DNA of 64,000 bases from the NCBI GenBank assembly GCA_965224085.1, contig CBDCYI010000011.1, positions 32,001 to 96,000 on the forward strand. The letters run 5' to 3'. The stretch is from Candidatus Marinacidobacterales bacterium. Its GTDB lineage: Bacteria > Acidobacteriota > Vicinamibacteria > Marinacidobacterales > SMYC01. Of the stretch, positions 42,807 to 52,321 are shown piece after piece. The notes beneath the pieces were generated by a model. That model did no database searches. It was not told the DNA's origin and was given only the letters and a program-made list of their open reading frames with translations. Position numbers and translations under genes: made by a program. Numbering within the stretch: position 1 is the stretch's first letter; every line of letters starts with the position of its first letter.

Positions 42807-43042
42807 TGGACGACCGCTACAGCCGTATCGCCGAGATGCCTTTGGTTGGGCCAGATGGGCTGGCCAAGCTCCAACGCTCTTCGGTGGCCATCGTGGGCGT
42901 CGGAAACGTGGGAGGTCAGCTCGGGCCGCATTTTTCGATGATGGGCTGCGGTCTCACGCTCGTGGACCGTGACGTCGTCGCCCGGGTAAACCTCGGAACG
43001 CAAGGCTTCTCTTCGAAGGAAGAAGGGATAGACTTCGTATGA
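42794..43042 (+). pseudogene. ThiF/E1-like adenylyltransferase, 5' fragment only
   Basis: RYSR, G...L..S.VAIVGVGNVG, LVDRD.V...NL..Q; stops after 82 aa. Confidence 0.8.
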
Positions 43043-43045
43043 GCG

Positions 43046-44032
43046 ATGTCGAGTGCGGAAATTCGCCGCTCTGTGAGCCATCTGAGGCAGCTCCTTCGTT
43101 CCGGTGGCTTCGAGAAGGCGGCCGAACAAGCGGAGGAGGCGATGGCGCGATACCCGGATAGCGTCGAGCTCCTTGCCGTGTCCGCGGATATCCACCGGCG
43201 TGAGAAAAAGCTCGATGAGGCGAAAGCGCTTCTCGAGCGAGCGCGCGCCATCGAGCCCATGCACCCGGCCGTCCTCGCTTCTTCCGCAGATCTCGCCTAC
43301 GACCGCGGGCGGTTCGAAGATGCGGCCTCCCTCTACTTGGAGCTCGTTGACCGGCGCCCGAGCAGCTATCACTACTCGCGTCTCGTGGCGGCCAAGAATC
43401 GACTCGGCGCGCACGAAGAGGCGGCTGCGATTGCCCGGCGCGCGCTCGAGCGCTTCCCCGGCGATCCGTGGAACCTCCGCGGCCTCGCCACCGCCGAGAG
43501 CAAGCTCGGACGAAGGGAAGAAGCCGTCGCCGTTTACGAGGCGCTTCTATCCGTAGCGCCCGATGACCGCTTCGCTTACAAAGAGCTCATGCGCCTCAAG
43601 ACCGACGAGAGCTCTCCCGAAGAAGCGGCTTCCGCCCTAAAAGGGCTCATGCGGAGCGGTGGTCGCAGCCGAAATCCCCACCTCAGGACATTGGCCGCCG
43701 AGAGGCTACGCAAAGCGGGGAAGCTCGAAGACGCGGTCTCCGAGTACGAAGACGCTCTCGGCCTCGATCCAGGGAGCCCCTACATCCTGGCCCAGCTCGG
43801 CTTCACCCAAAAAAAACTCGGCCGCGAGCAAGACGCGATCGAAAGTCTCTCTAAAGCGTTCCTGGCAAAGCCTTCCGACCCCTACGTTCGCAAGAGCCTC
43901 GAGTCTCTCTTGAAAAAGCGCGGCGAGATCGCGCGTTTCGTCGAGCTCGTCGACGAAGCGCTGCGGCTTCATCCCTCGGTGAAGCTCCTTCACGGCATTC
44001 GCAAGCGCGTCGCCCGCCTTGCGAGCTCGTAA
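43046..44032 (+). CDS. Tetratricopeptide-repeat protein
   Basis: Several 34-aa helical repeats with A..A...YP, LA......G..EEA..YE.AL..P patterns; no signal peptide. Confidence 0.9.
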   Translation: MSSAEIRRSVSHLRQLLRSGGFEKAAEQAEEAMARYPDSVELLAVSADIHRREKKLDEAKALLERARAIEPMHPAVLASSADLAYDRGRFEDAASLYLELVDRRPSSYHYSRLVAAKNRLGAHEEAAAIARRALERFPGDPWNLRGLATAESKLGRREEAVAVYEALLSVAPDDRFAYKELMRLKTDESSPEEAASALKGLMRSGGRSRNPHLRTLAAERLRKAGKLEDAVSEYEDALGLDPGSPYILAQLGFTQKKLGREQDAIESLSKAFLAKPSDPYVRKSLESLLKKRGEIARFVELVDEALRLHPSVKLLHGIRKRVARLASS

Positions 44033-44047
44033 GGTACACTCCTCGCG

Positions 44048-47000
44048 ATGGCAACAGTCCGCATCGGCGAGCTCGTGGAGCTTCCACGCGTTCGCACTGT
44101 CATCCAGCTCGTGGACGTATCGGACGAGGCACTAGCCCGGGGGATCCTCGACGACTTCGTTCTCACGGCCGATTGCGACTTCGCTCTGAGCGCGCTGCTC
44201 GACGCGATGACGCATGACGAAGGCCAGGGTTTTTTCCTGCAAGGAAATTTCGGCTCGGGCAAGTCCCATCTTCTCGCGCTCGTGGAACTCTTGTTTCGAC
44301 CCGCTGCCGAACCGGACATTAATAAAGAGGACGGGTGGGGAGCGCTCATCCGGCAAAGCCGCCGCTATGAAACGCTACGAAAGAAGCTCTCACCCCATGC
44401 CGGAGCGAGCGTGGTCGGAGCGGTCTCCCTCGTCGCGCACGCCGGCTCGGAAAGACTCGAAGACATCTCTATCGCGGCGCTCGAAAAGACGTTCGAGGGG
44501 CCACTCGGCCTCGCTCCGAGCTTCACCGCGGAGACCGCAGCAGTAGGAGAAATCAGGGCCGCTCTCGAGTCGCGACATCGGGACGCGCTCGAGAGTTTCC
44601 AGAACCGGCGCTCTGTGACCGCCGAGCGTTTGTTCGACGCCGGCCGACCCGATCTGCTCGACGATCTCGTGCGTGAGCTCGACCTTCCGTTCCGCGTCCG
44701 TCGCCAGCGAGGCGCGTTCTTCGATGCCCTCGAGGCGCAGCTCGGAAAAGGCAGCGCGCCGAAACGCGCCCTCCTCATCGTCGACGAGCTCTCGGAGTTT
44801 CTGCGCTCGAAGCCCGATGCCCGCGCGTTCAACGAGGACATCCGCTTTCTCCAGTTCCTCGGTGAAGCGAGCCGACGCATGCCCTTCTTCATCGTCGCTT
44901 CGCTCCAGGAGCACATAGAGACGACGGGCGAGATCGATCAGTCGACGTTCGGCAAGATCAAAGACCGCTTCCCTTCGCGTCTCGCTCTTACCGGAAGCCA
45001 TCTCCGCGAGATTGCAAGCACGCGTCTCATCCTGCAAAAGCCCGGTGCCGAAGCGCAGATCGCAGAGATCTATCGGAAATTCCGCATTGCTTTCAAAGGC
45101 CTCGCCGTATCCGAGGCTGATTTCACCGCACTCTACCCGGTCCACCCGGCGACGGTGGATCTTCTCGACGACTTGTTGCCGCTGTTCAGTCGGCATCGGG
45201 GGGCGGTAGACTTTCTCCACTATCAACTCGCTGGCGATCCTCAGCGACACATCGCCGGGCTATTAGACGCGCCAGCCGAGTCTCTTCTCGGGCCCGATGC
45301 GATCCTCGACCACTTCCGGATTCGCATCCAAGAGACACTCGAGACGAGCCCCTACATCACCGTAGTGCTTGCTTTCTACGAAAAGGAGCTCTCGCGTCTG
45401 TTCGCCGAGCCTGAAGATCGAGAGACGGCGCTCCGTCTCGTCAAGTTGCTCATCCTTCTCGCGATCTCTCCCATCCCCCGGCGCCGCACTGTCGCCGAGC
45501 TCGCCGAGATGCTTCTCAAGAGCATCACCACGCTCGAATCCGAAGCCAACTACGATCACGTTCACGATCTCCTTGAAAAGATGCACCTCGAGGGCGCCTA
45601 TCTATCCCGCACTGAGGGCGAGGACGGCAAAGACCCGTACGAGAATGTGTACTCCCTCGACCTCGCCGCCGACGTCCAGCTCATCATCCAGAGACGGATG
45701 GAAACCCTGCTGAAGGATCCAGGCTTCACCGTCTCTCGAGCCGTGGGGAAACTTCTCCCATATTTCAAGAGTCCCGAACTTCCGCTTGCGTCGCTGGCTA
45801 AGTCGCCGGTCACCGAGCGGCGCGTCTCGTGGCAAAAGACCTACCGCGAAGGAAACCTGCTGTTTTTCCGCGACGCAGACGACCCCCTACTCTCCGATGA
45901 GCGCCTCGATGAGCTGGTGGAGAAGCTCTGGACCACGGAGCTCGACTTCTGTGTCCTACTCATGGCTCCGGGTGGAGGGGTCGAGCCAGCGACGCTAGAC
46001 CGGTTCATCGGACGACTCGACGAGCGAGCGCCCGAGCCCTTCCTTGTCTGGGTGCCGGCGCCGCTCGAAAAAGGCAAGGAGAAGCCCGGCCAGCTCATTC
46101 GCCGGGCGGCGGCTCGGCTCGCCGTCCGGGAGCACTTTCATCAGGAAGGCTCGGACGTAGCGAAGCGTGTGCTAGCGGCCCTCGAACCTCTGATCCGGGA
46201 AGATCTCGAGCTCAGCGAGAGTGTCGTTCAAAAAACCTATCGAGGCGGGCGCTTCATGGCGCCGTCGGGGAGCCCTACGTTGACGCCGGCTGAGCTTCCA
46301 TCCATCGGCTTCGATCGCATCGTGACCCGCCTGGCAGAGTTTCCCCTCGTACGGCGTTTTCCCAACCACTACGACATCGCGCCCTCGCTCGAAGCCTCAG
46401 CGACCGACCTGCCCGCACCGATTCTCCGCGAGTTTTTCCGGGCCGGAGAGGTCGCGCGACAAAACACCTCCGAGATGCTTCGCACGACGCTCGAGTCCAG
46501 GCTGCGCGCGCTCGGACTCGTCCGCCGCACCGCGACCGGTTATCGCTTGCAACCCGACCCCTCGGAGAGCGACCTCGTGCGCCGCGTGCTTACGCGTGTC
46601 GGAGAAAAGCGCGTTGTTTTGGAAGTGCTGTACCAGGAGCTTCGAAAGGGCGCGTTCGGTCTAACGCGGCCGTCCTTCGAGCTCGTCGTGCAGGCATTGT
46701 TGTATTCGGGCCAGCTGACGGCCTACGCTTCGGGCCGAAAGCTTTCTCTCGACGCGCTCGAGACCCGCTCCGTGAGCCGCATCCAGGAGCTGGGCGCAGG
46801 CGAGATGCTCTCAGGCGAGCTGCAAGCCGTGCTGGCTGGACTTCCTTTCGTGCCGCCCCGGCTTCAACAGGGAGCGTTCGGCTTTGCGCAACAACGTGAG
46901 CTCTGGGACTGCGTTGTTCAATGGAAGTCGGAGCTCGAGCGCGGCGTCGCCGATTTGAAGGCGGAGCTCGAGCGGTCGCGTGCCTACCGCTCGGCGGCCC

Positions 47001-49423
47001 ACCTCGATCTCGACGCGCTGAACTCGCGCATCGAGCGGCTCGAATCGCTGGGCAAAGAAGTCAAAGTCTCCTACGCGGCAAGAGAAGGACTCGAGCGCTT
47101 CGCGCGCCGCGCTCGCGAAGAGCCCGACCTCACCCAGGATTTCGAAGCTTTGGTCGAGCTCTCGCGCTTTTTTCGAGAAGACTGGGAGCGCTATCTCTTC
47201 GTTCATCGCTACTTGAGTGATGCCGCGATGGAGCTTCCTGTGCAGGACGAAGAGCACAAAGAGCTCGGCGCGAGACGTCATCGCCTTCGGGAGCTTGCTT
47301 CCCGTCCCGATTTGCCCTTTCTCCCCGCGTTGACGCGACGGCTCAACGATGAAATGCAGGCTTTCGTTTCCACCTACAGCGCTGTGTACGAGAGGGCGCA
47401 CCGCACGCAAAAATCCCGCGAGCGGGTGAAGCGTCTTCTCTCGCTCCGGGACGAGAAGAGCTATCGCGTACTCCAACGGCTCGCTGCGCTCGAGCTGATC
47501 TCGGTCGACGATGATCGGGTGAAGGCGGACCGTCTTTTGGACGAAGCGCTGGCAAAAACTTGCGATAGGCTCTCTCCGGAGCTTCTGCGCGCGAAGCCCG
47601 CATGCGACTGCGGCTTTAGGCTAGGAGACGTGCTCGAGCTTCCCGCACCGTCCGAGGTTCAGACCGTCATCGATCGCGGCATCGTCCAGTACTTGGAAAG
47701 ACTACGGGAGCCGACCTATCTAGAGCCCATCGAGAGCGCACTCCACGGGCTATCGGAAGTGGGCAAAGACTCTCTTGTGTCTAAAATCCGCAAGCTCGTA
47801 GAGCTCGACCTCGAAGCGCCCGATCTTCTGAAGCGCGTCGACAAGCTCGCCGCGAGCGAGGTCATCGACGCGGTGAACGATGCGCTCGCGGGGCACGCAG
47901 TTCTCGTCGAGAGAAGCCTCGAGGATCTCGCCGAGCGCATTGCGGAAAGGAGCTTCCCCCGCAAGGCGCTCCTCGACATCGTGGCACGATGGATCGACGG
48001 TGACGCGGCGCTCGCATCGGAGGACTACATCAAAGTGGTTTCTCAAGGAAAAATCGCGGCAGAGCAAAGTGTGCTTGCGTCTTTCGTCCGCGAACGTTTC
48101 TCGGAGCTGTGGCCGTGGTGGGAGAAGCTTGGTGAGCGCAAAGCTTGCCGGCTCATGGTTCTGGCCTTTCGCGCTCCCGCTCCGGTTGAAGAGGTCGAGC
48201 CACGGATTGCGGAGCGTCTTCATGACGCCTTTGACGCGTTTACCAGCGAGGCTCCCGACGAGGTCTTGTCGGTTTTCGAGCGTGTCGAGAGCGAGCTGAC
48301 GGATGACGAGCGGCGCGCGATTCTCTCACACAATGACGGCGACGACGCGGAGACGCTCGCTCGTCTCGCTTATGGGGAAAAGTCGTTTCGCTTCGCGGTT
48401 AGGGATCGAGCGAGAAAGCTCATCCGCATGGTCCTTGCGGGCTCGCTAACGAGTGTACCGGCCGGCGCGCGTAGTTCGGATCCAGACCAAGACGTTCAGC
48501 GCGAACGGCTCGGCCTCGAGGCACTCACCCGAGCGCTCGAGTCGGGCGTGAGCCTCTACCGCGGGATACACTACGTGGACGGGCTAGAAAAATCCCCCGA
48601 CACCCCAGAGGGCTGGGAGACGCTCTACCGTGAGCACATGGCGCCGATGCCCGTGGCGCTCTGCCATCTGCAGGAATCACTCGACGAGCTCAAGCTCGCG
48701 GATGCGATTGACCTAAAAGGCCCGACCCGAAACGCACGTCGCCTTCTCGAAGCGCGGGCGTCCGACTTCGAGACTTTTTTTCTCGCTCAGGCCCCCGCCG
48801 AGGGTGCGAGAACACTCCGATACCTTTTCGAAGAGTTCGCCGAAAAATACCGAAGAAAGCTCGAGCCCGCCAGCGAGAGGTTTGTGTTCCTCGACGGCAT
48901 GCGCTGGGACGTGTGGAGTCATTTACGAGCCACGCTCCTGCCTCGACTCCGGGCCGTGTACCGCGTCGTCGACGAAATTCCGCTCTGGTCCATCCATCCC
49001 ACGACGACCCAAGCTCAGCTCGAGGCCGCCGGGATCGGCGTTCCCCAGCTCGAGCTCGTCGCGGAGTCCCAACCGAGCTACGGCCAAAAGGCGGAGACTT
49101 CGGTACTGCCCGGTTTCAAGCGTCTCCATGGACCGGGCGGTGAGCCGATCGAGCGACTGAATCTCGTGGACGACAAGATCCACGAGTCGTCGATGCCCCT
49201 CTCCGATGTACTCCGCGAGATCGAGCTTCACGCGCGAAGGACGCTCGGGACTTTGCTGGAAGAAGCGCCGCGGCGAACGCTCGTGTTTCTTTTCTCCGAT
49301 CACGGCTTTCGCGAAGATCCCCGCTGGAGCGAAACCTCCCGGCATCGAAAGCCTCGTTACCGGCACGGCGGCGCGAGCCTGTGGGAGGTCATCACCCCGC
49401 TCGTGATCCTGTCTCGAAGCTGA
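44048..49423 (+). CDS. BrxC/DUF6079-type P-loop ATPase fused to a C-terminal PglZ-type alkaline-phosphatase-superfamily domain (1791 aa)
   Basis: Walker A GNFGSGKSH, Walker B LIVDELSEF, FLQFLGE, KIKDRF, YPVHP; C-terminal LDGMRWD, PTTT, DDKIH, SDHGF, HGGAS..EV..P. Confidence 0.88.
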   Translation: MATVRIGELVELPRVRTVIQLVDVSDEALARGILDDFVLTADCDFALSALLDAMTHDEGQGFFLQGNFGSGKSHLLALVELLFRPAAEPDINKEDGWGALIRQSRRYETLRKKLSPHAGASVVGAVSLVAHAGSERLEDISIAALEKTFEGPLGLAPSFTAETAAVGEIRAALESRHRDALESFQNRRSVTAERLFDAGRPDLLDDLVRELDLPFRVRRQRGAFFDALEAQLGKGSAPKRALLIVDELSEFLRSKPDARAFNEDIRFLQFLGEASRRMPFFIVASLQEHIETTGEIDQSTFGKIKDRFPSRLALTGSHLREIASTRLILQKPGAEAQIAEIYRKFRIAFKGLAVSEADFTALYPVHPATVDLLDDLLPLFSRHRGAVDFLHYQLAGDPQRHIAGLLDAPAESLLGPDAILDHFRIRIQETLETSPYITVVLAFYEKELSRLFAEPEDRETALRLVKLLILLAISPIPRRRTVAELAEMLLKSITTLESEANYDHVHDLLEKMHLEGAYLSRTEGEDGKDPYENVYSLDLAADVQLIIQRRMETLLKDPGFTVSRAVGKLLPYFKSPELPLASLAKSPVTERRVSWQKTYREGNLLFFRDADDPLLSDERLDELVEKLWTTELDFCVLLMAPGGGVEPATLDRFIGRLDERAPEPFLVWVPAPLEKGKEKPGQLIRRAAARLAVREHFHQEGSDVAKRVLAALEPLIREDLELSESVVQKTYRGGRFMAPSGSPTLTPAELPSIGFDRIVTRLAEFPLVRRFPNHYDIAPSLEASATDLPAPILREFFRAGEVARQNTSEMLRTTLESRLRALGLVRRTATGYRLQPDPSESDLVRRVLTRVGEKRVVLEVLYQELRKGAFGLTRPSFELVVQALLYSGQLTAYASGRKLSLDALETRSVSRIQELGAGEMLSGELQAVLAGLPFVPPRLQQGAFGFAQQRELWDCVVQWKSELERGVADLKAELERSRAYRSAAHLDLDALNSRIERLESLGKEVKVSYAAREGLERFARRAREEPDLTQDFEALVELSRFFREDWERYLFVHRYLSDAAMELPVQDEEHKELGARRHRLRELASRPDLPFLPALTRRLNDEMQAFVSTYSAVYERAHRTQKSRERVKRLLSLRDEKSYRVLQRLAALELISVDDDRVKADRLLDEALAKTCDRLSPELLRAKPACDCGFRLGDVLELPAPSEVQTVIDRGIVQYLERLREPTYLEPIESALHGLSEVGKDSLVSKIRKLVELDLEAPDLLKRVDKLAASEVIDAVNDALAGHAVLVERSLEDLAERIAERSFPRKALLDIVARWIDGDAALASEDYIKVVSQGKIAAEQSVLASFVRERFSELWPWWEKLGERKACRLMVLAFRAPAPVEEVEPRIAERLHDAFDAFTSEAPDEVLSVFERVESELTDDERRAILSHNDGDDAETLARLAYGEKSFRFAVRDRARKLIRMVLAGSLTSVPAGARSSDPDQDVQRERLGLEALTRALESGVSLYRGIHYVDGLEKSPDTPEGWETLYREHMAPMPVALCHLQESLDELKLADAIDLKGPTRNARRLLEARASDFETFFLAQAPAEGARTLRYLFEEFAEKYRRKLEPASERFVFLDGMRWDVWSHLRATLLPRLRAVYRVVDEIPLWSIHPTTTQAQLEAAGIGVPQLELVAESQPSYGQKAETSVLPGFKRLHGPGGEPIERLNLVDDKIHESSMPLSDVLREIELHARRTLGTLLEEAPRRTLVFLFSDHGFREDPRWSETSRHRKPRYRHGGASLWEVITPLVILSRS

Positions 49424-49465
49424 TCGCGGGCGCCAACGCATCATCGAAGTCCACCGCTCACGGTC

Positions 49466-49660
49466 CCGGACGAAGATCCAACTCGGCCGGGTCTTGCTCC
49501 CGGCGAAGGAGCGAGTCTCGTCGGCCTGGAGCTCCTCGGCAATAAATCCTGCGATCCTTGCCTGGTTGAAGCGCCGGCACGCGTCGGCGGCCATCTCGAC
49601 CCAGCGGGCCACGGTGTTCCAGGCAATACCTTCGATACGACCGATCGCCGACACGAAGCA
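49466..49660 (-). pseudogene. IS1-family-like transposase fragment
   Basis: SAIGRIEGIAWNTVARW (HTH) and ELQADE.RSFAGSK..WIF (start of DDE domain). Confidence 0.6.
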
Positions 49661-49664
49661 CCAG

Positions 49665-51190
49665 TTACTGTGCATCGAAAACGCCGGGTGGCGCTTGTGT
49701 TTCTCTAGGGGGCGGGTACGCCAAATGTTTTTCCATCTGAAACCAGGGAACCATCCACGGTTCTTCACGCCATGTGCTATCCAACAGGGCAACGTATTGG
49801 TCAACCAATCCGCGAACCCGTGCGTCATGGCTGATCATGTCGTGGACAGGATCGAGTGGACCGACAATTTTCGCATAGACCTGGCCCGCGGAATCTACAT
49901 GATTGAAAACAGCGAATACGGTTGCGCCCGTCGAAAAGGCTAGCTCAGCGAAACTCGTCCGGAACGGTCGCCAGCGACCGTGAAAATCGTATCGGATGCC
50001 GGAGCTTCGGCCATGATGGCCGTCACCGGCGATGGTGACGACACCCCCTCGTTGAAGCGTCCGTCTTGCGGTGTTCAGCTGATGAGAGAAAAGCGAGTTT
50101 TCTAGAGTGCTGCTGGAAAGCTCGAGCCGCTTTAGGTAGATGTGGACGCCACCTACGTTGTAGCTGCCGAGCTGCAAAAGGCTGGACCAAGATTGAGCAT
50201 TGTCGTGACAGCACACCAGGACCACGCCGCGTTCTTGATCGAGGAATCGTTGCAGCTGCTCCTTACCCTCGATCGAGAAGCGATTCGCATACTCCTGCCG
50301 CCGGGCCTCATCCCTTGGCACTCGGCCCCACGGTCCGATCCTATAGTGGAAGAGGCTACCGAACAACAAACAGTCGTGCATCAATCGATTCTCGTCCGCA
50401 TCGATGTCGAGCACACCGAGAAAGCGGCGGATCAGTCGAATGTAGTATCGAAACAACGCGTCTTGCATCGACGGGTATTCGAGGGCAGTGCTCAGGAGTC
50501 GGTACGCCACGGGATAGGGCAGGGCATTCGCCACCGCACTCGCCCACCTCCGACGCCCATGCCACCCCTGTGAGATCGTCGCCTTGGGATCCGCACCAAG
50601 ACGTGGCTGCTCGATACGCTCGTAGAGCGCGTCCAGCGCTTCCGTCTTTTCCGGCTGAACGGCGAAATCAGGATGGACTCGGGTACCCGTACCGTCGGCG
50701 TCGTGCGCATGATCTCCCTTGGACGACCGATCGGGGCTGAGCATGGCGGCCAGTTCCGCCACGCTCGGATTGCGAAAGAACGACTTGAGCGGGATATCCA
50801 CCCCGAACTTTCGTTCCAGTTGCGCGGCGAGGCGTAGGGTCAGCAAGGAATGTCCGCCCAACTCGAAGAAATTATCGTGCACCCCGACTTGCTCCACGTC
50901 CAGTATGTCGGCCCAGATAGCTGCCACTTCTGCCTCGACCTCTGTGCGTGGACCCACGTAGGCGTGCTCGAGATCGGGCCGGGTTGGCTCGGGGGCGGGC
51001 AATTTTCGCCGGTCGACCTTGCCGGTGGGCGTTAGCGCCAGGTGATCCAACTGCACGAAGACGATTGGGATCATATAGTCGGGCAGTTTCTGGCGGAGGA
51101 AACGGCCCAGGTCGCGGCTATCGATCTTGCGGTTCACCACCACGTAGGCCACCAACCGCCTGTCCTGTGGCGTATCTTCTCGAGCGGTAC
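49665..51190 (-). pseudogene. 3' part of an NRPS-like gene: A-subdomain, PCP and LpxL-like acyltransferase domain (5' truncated)
   Basis: RLVAYVV, LPDYMIP, TPTGKVDR; DNFFELGGHSL; GVVLVCCH, L.RGGVV.IAGDG, FHGR.RPF...FAELA..TGA. Confidence 0.8.
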
Positions 51191-51251
51191 TTTCGAGTGA
51201 ACGAACGATTTCGGTCACTCCCCGATGACCTCCGCCCACGCGGGCGGTGCC

Positions 51252-52057
51252 ATTGCTGTCAAATTGAGCTGGTGACTGACAGAATGGTCCAATGAAGACC
51301 GATGCGCCAAGCTACCACGGCTATCGATTTCCACCGGAAATCATCAGCCACGCCGTCTGGCTCTACCACCGATTCTGCGTGAGCTTTCGAAACGTCGAAG
51401 AGCTGCTTGCTCAGCGAGGCATCACGGTTTCCTACGAAGCGATCCGACTTTGGTGCATCAAGTTCGGGCCGGAATACGCTCGGCGACTGAAGCGTCGGCA
51501 GGGTCGCCTTGGTGACACGTGGCACCTGGACGAGGTCTTCATAAAGATACAAGGCGAACGCCAATACCTCTGGCGCGCGGTAGACCAAGATGGTGATGTG
51601 ATTGATATCCTCGTCCAGCCTCGCCGTGATCAGAAAGCCGCCAAACGATTCTTCCGCAAGCTGTTGAAAGGGCAAGGCCGTCCGCCCTGGCAGCTGGTCA
51701 CCGACAAACTGAGAAGCTACAGTGCCGCTCACCGCGAGGTCATGCCGTCCGTCGTCCACGACACTGACCAGTACAGAAACAACCTAGCCGAAGTCTCGCA
51801 CGAACCGACGCGACAACGGGAACGACAGATGCGGAAGTCTAAAGCTCCTGGGCAGGCGCAACGATTCTTGACCGTGCATGGACTCGTGCAAAACCTCTTT
51901 CGCGTCGGACGGCATTTGTTGCAAGCGCATCATCATCGGGAGCTACGAGACCGCGCTTTCATCGTCTGGCAGGAGGTAACCTGTGCCGTCCGATGAGAGC
52001 AAAGGAAGTCAGCTCGACGCAATAGGTTCGCTCGCTCAACGTCAACTTGACAATACC
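51252..52057 (+). mobile_element. IS6-family insertion sequence
   Basis: Imperfect terminal IRs ATTGCTGTCAAATTGA (51252-51267) and TCAACTTGACAATACC (52042-52057) around the transposase. Confidence 0.85.
51292..51996 (+). CDS. IS6-family transposase
   Basis: GYRFPPEII..AVWLY.RF, WHLDEVF, LWRAVDQ, VTDKL.SY, NNLAE.SH. Confidence 0.95.
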   Translation: MKTDAPSYHGYRFPPEIISHAVWLYHRFCVSFRNVEELLAQRGITVSYEAIRLWCIKFGPEYARRLKRRQGRLGDTWHLDEVFIKIQGERQYLWRAVDQDGDVIDILVQPRRDQKAAKRFFRKLLKGQGRPPWQLVTDKLRSYSAAHREVMPSVVHDTDQYRNNLAEVSHEPTRQRERQMRKSKAPGQAQRFLTVHGLVQNLFRVGRHLLQAHHHRELRDRAFIVWQEVTCAVR

Positions 52058-52284
52058 TTCTCGCCATCCCCTATGGCACGACGGTGGCCTATAGCGAGCT
52101 CGCGCGGCGACTTTCGAAACCTGCGGCGTTCCGGGCCGTGGGCGCGGCCAACGGCCAGAACCCCATCTCCGTCATCATCCCCTGCCATCGATTGATCGGA
52201 AAAAACGGTAGCTTGACCGATTATGGTGGAGGGCTCGATAGGAAGCGGAAGCTTCTCGAGCTCGAAGGTGCCATTTCGGAGTAA
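52058..52284 (+). pseudogene. ogt: O6-methylguanine-DNA methyltransferase, 3' fragment cut by IS6
   Basis: IPYG.T.AY..LA, RAVGAANG.NP, IPCHR, YGGG..RK..LL.LE. Confidence 0.88.
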
Positions 52285-52321
52285 AGTGGTGGTCGACGAC
52301 GCGTTTTGGGTCACCATCATC

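Noticed and set aside
43046-49423. Canonical complete BREX system
   Set aside because: No pglX/pglXI, brxA, brxB, brxL, brxHII or brxP is recognisable in the window; reported instead as a fused, minimal variant.
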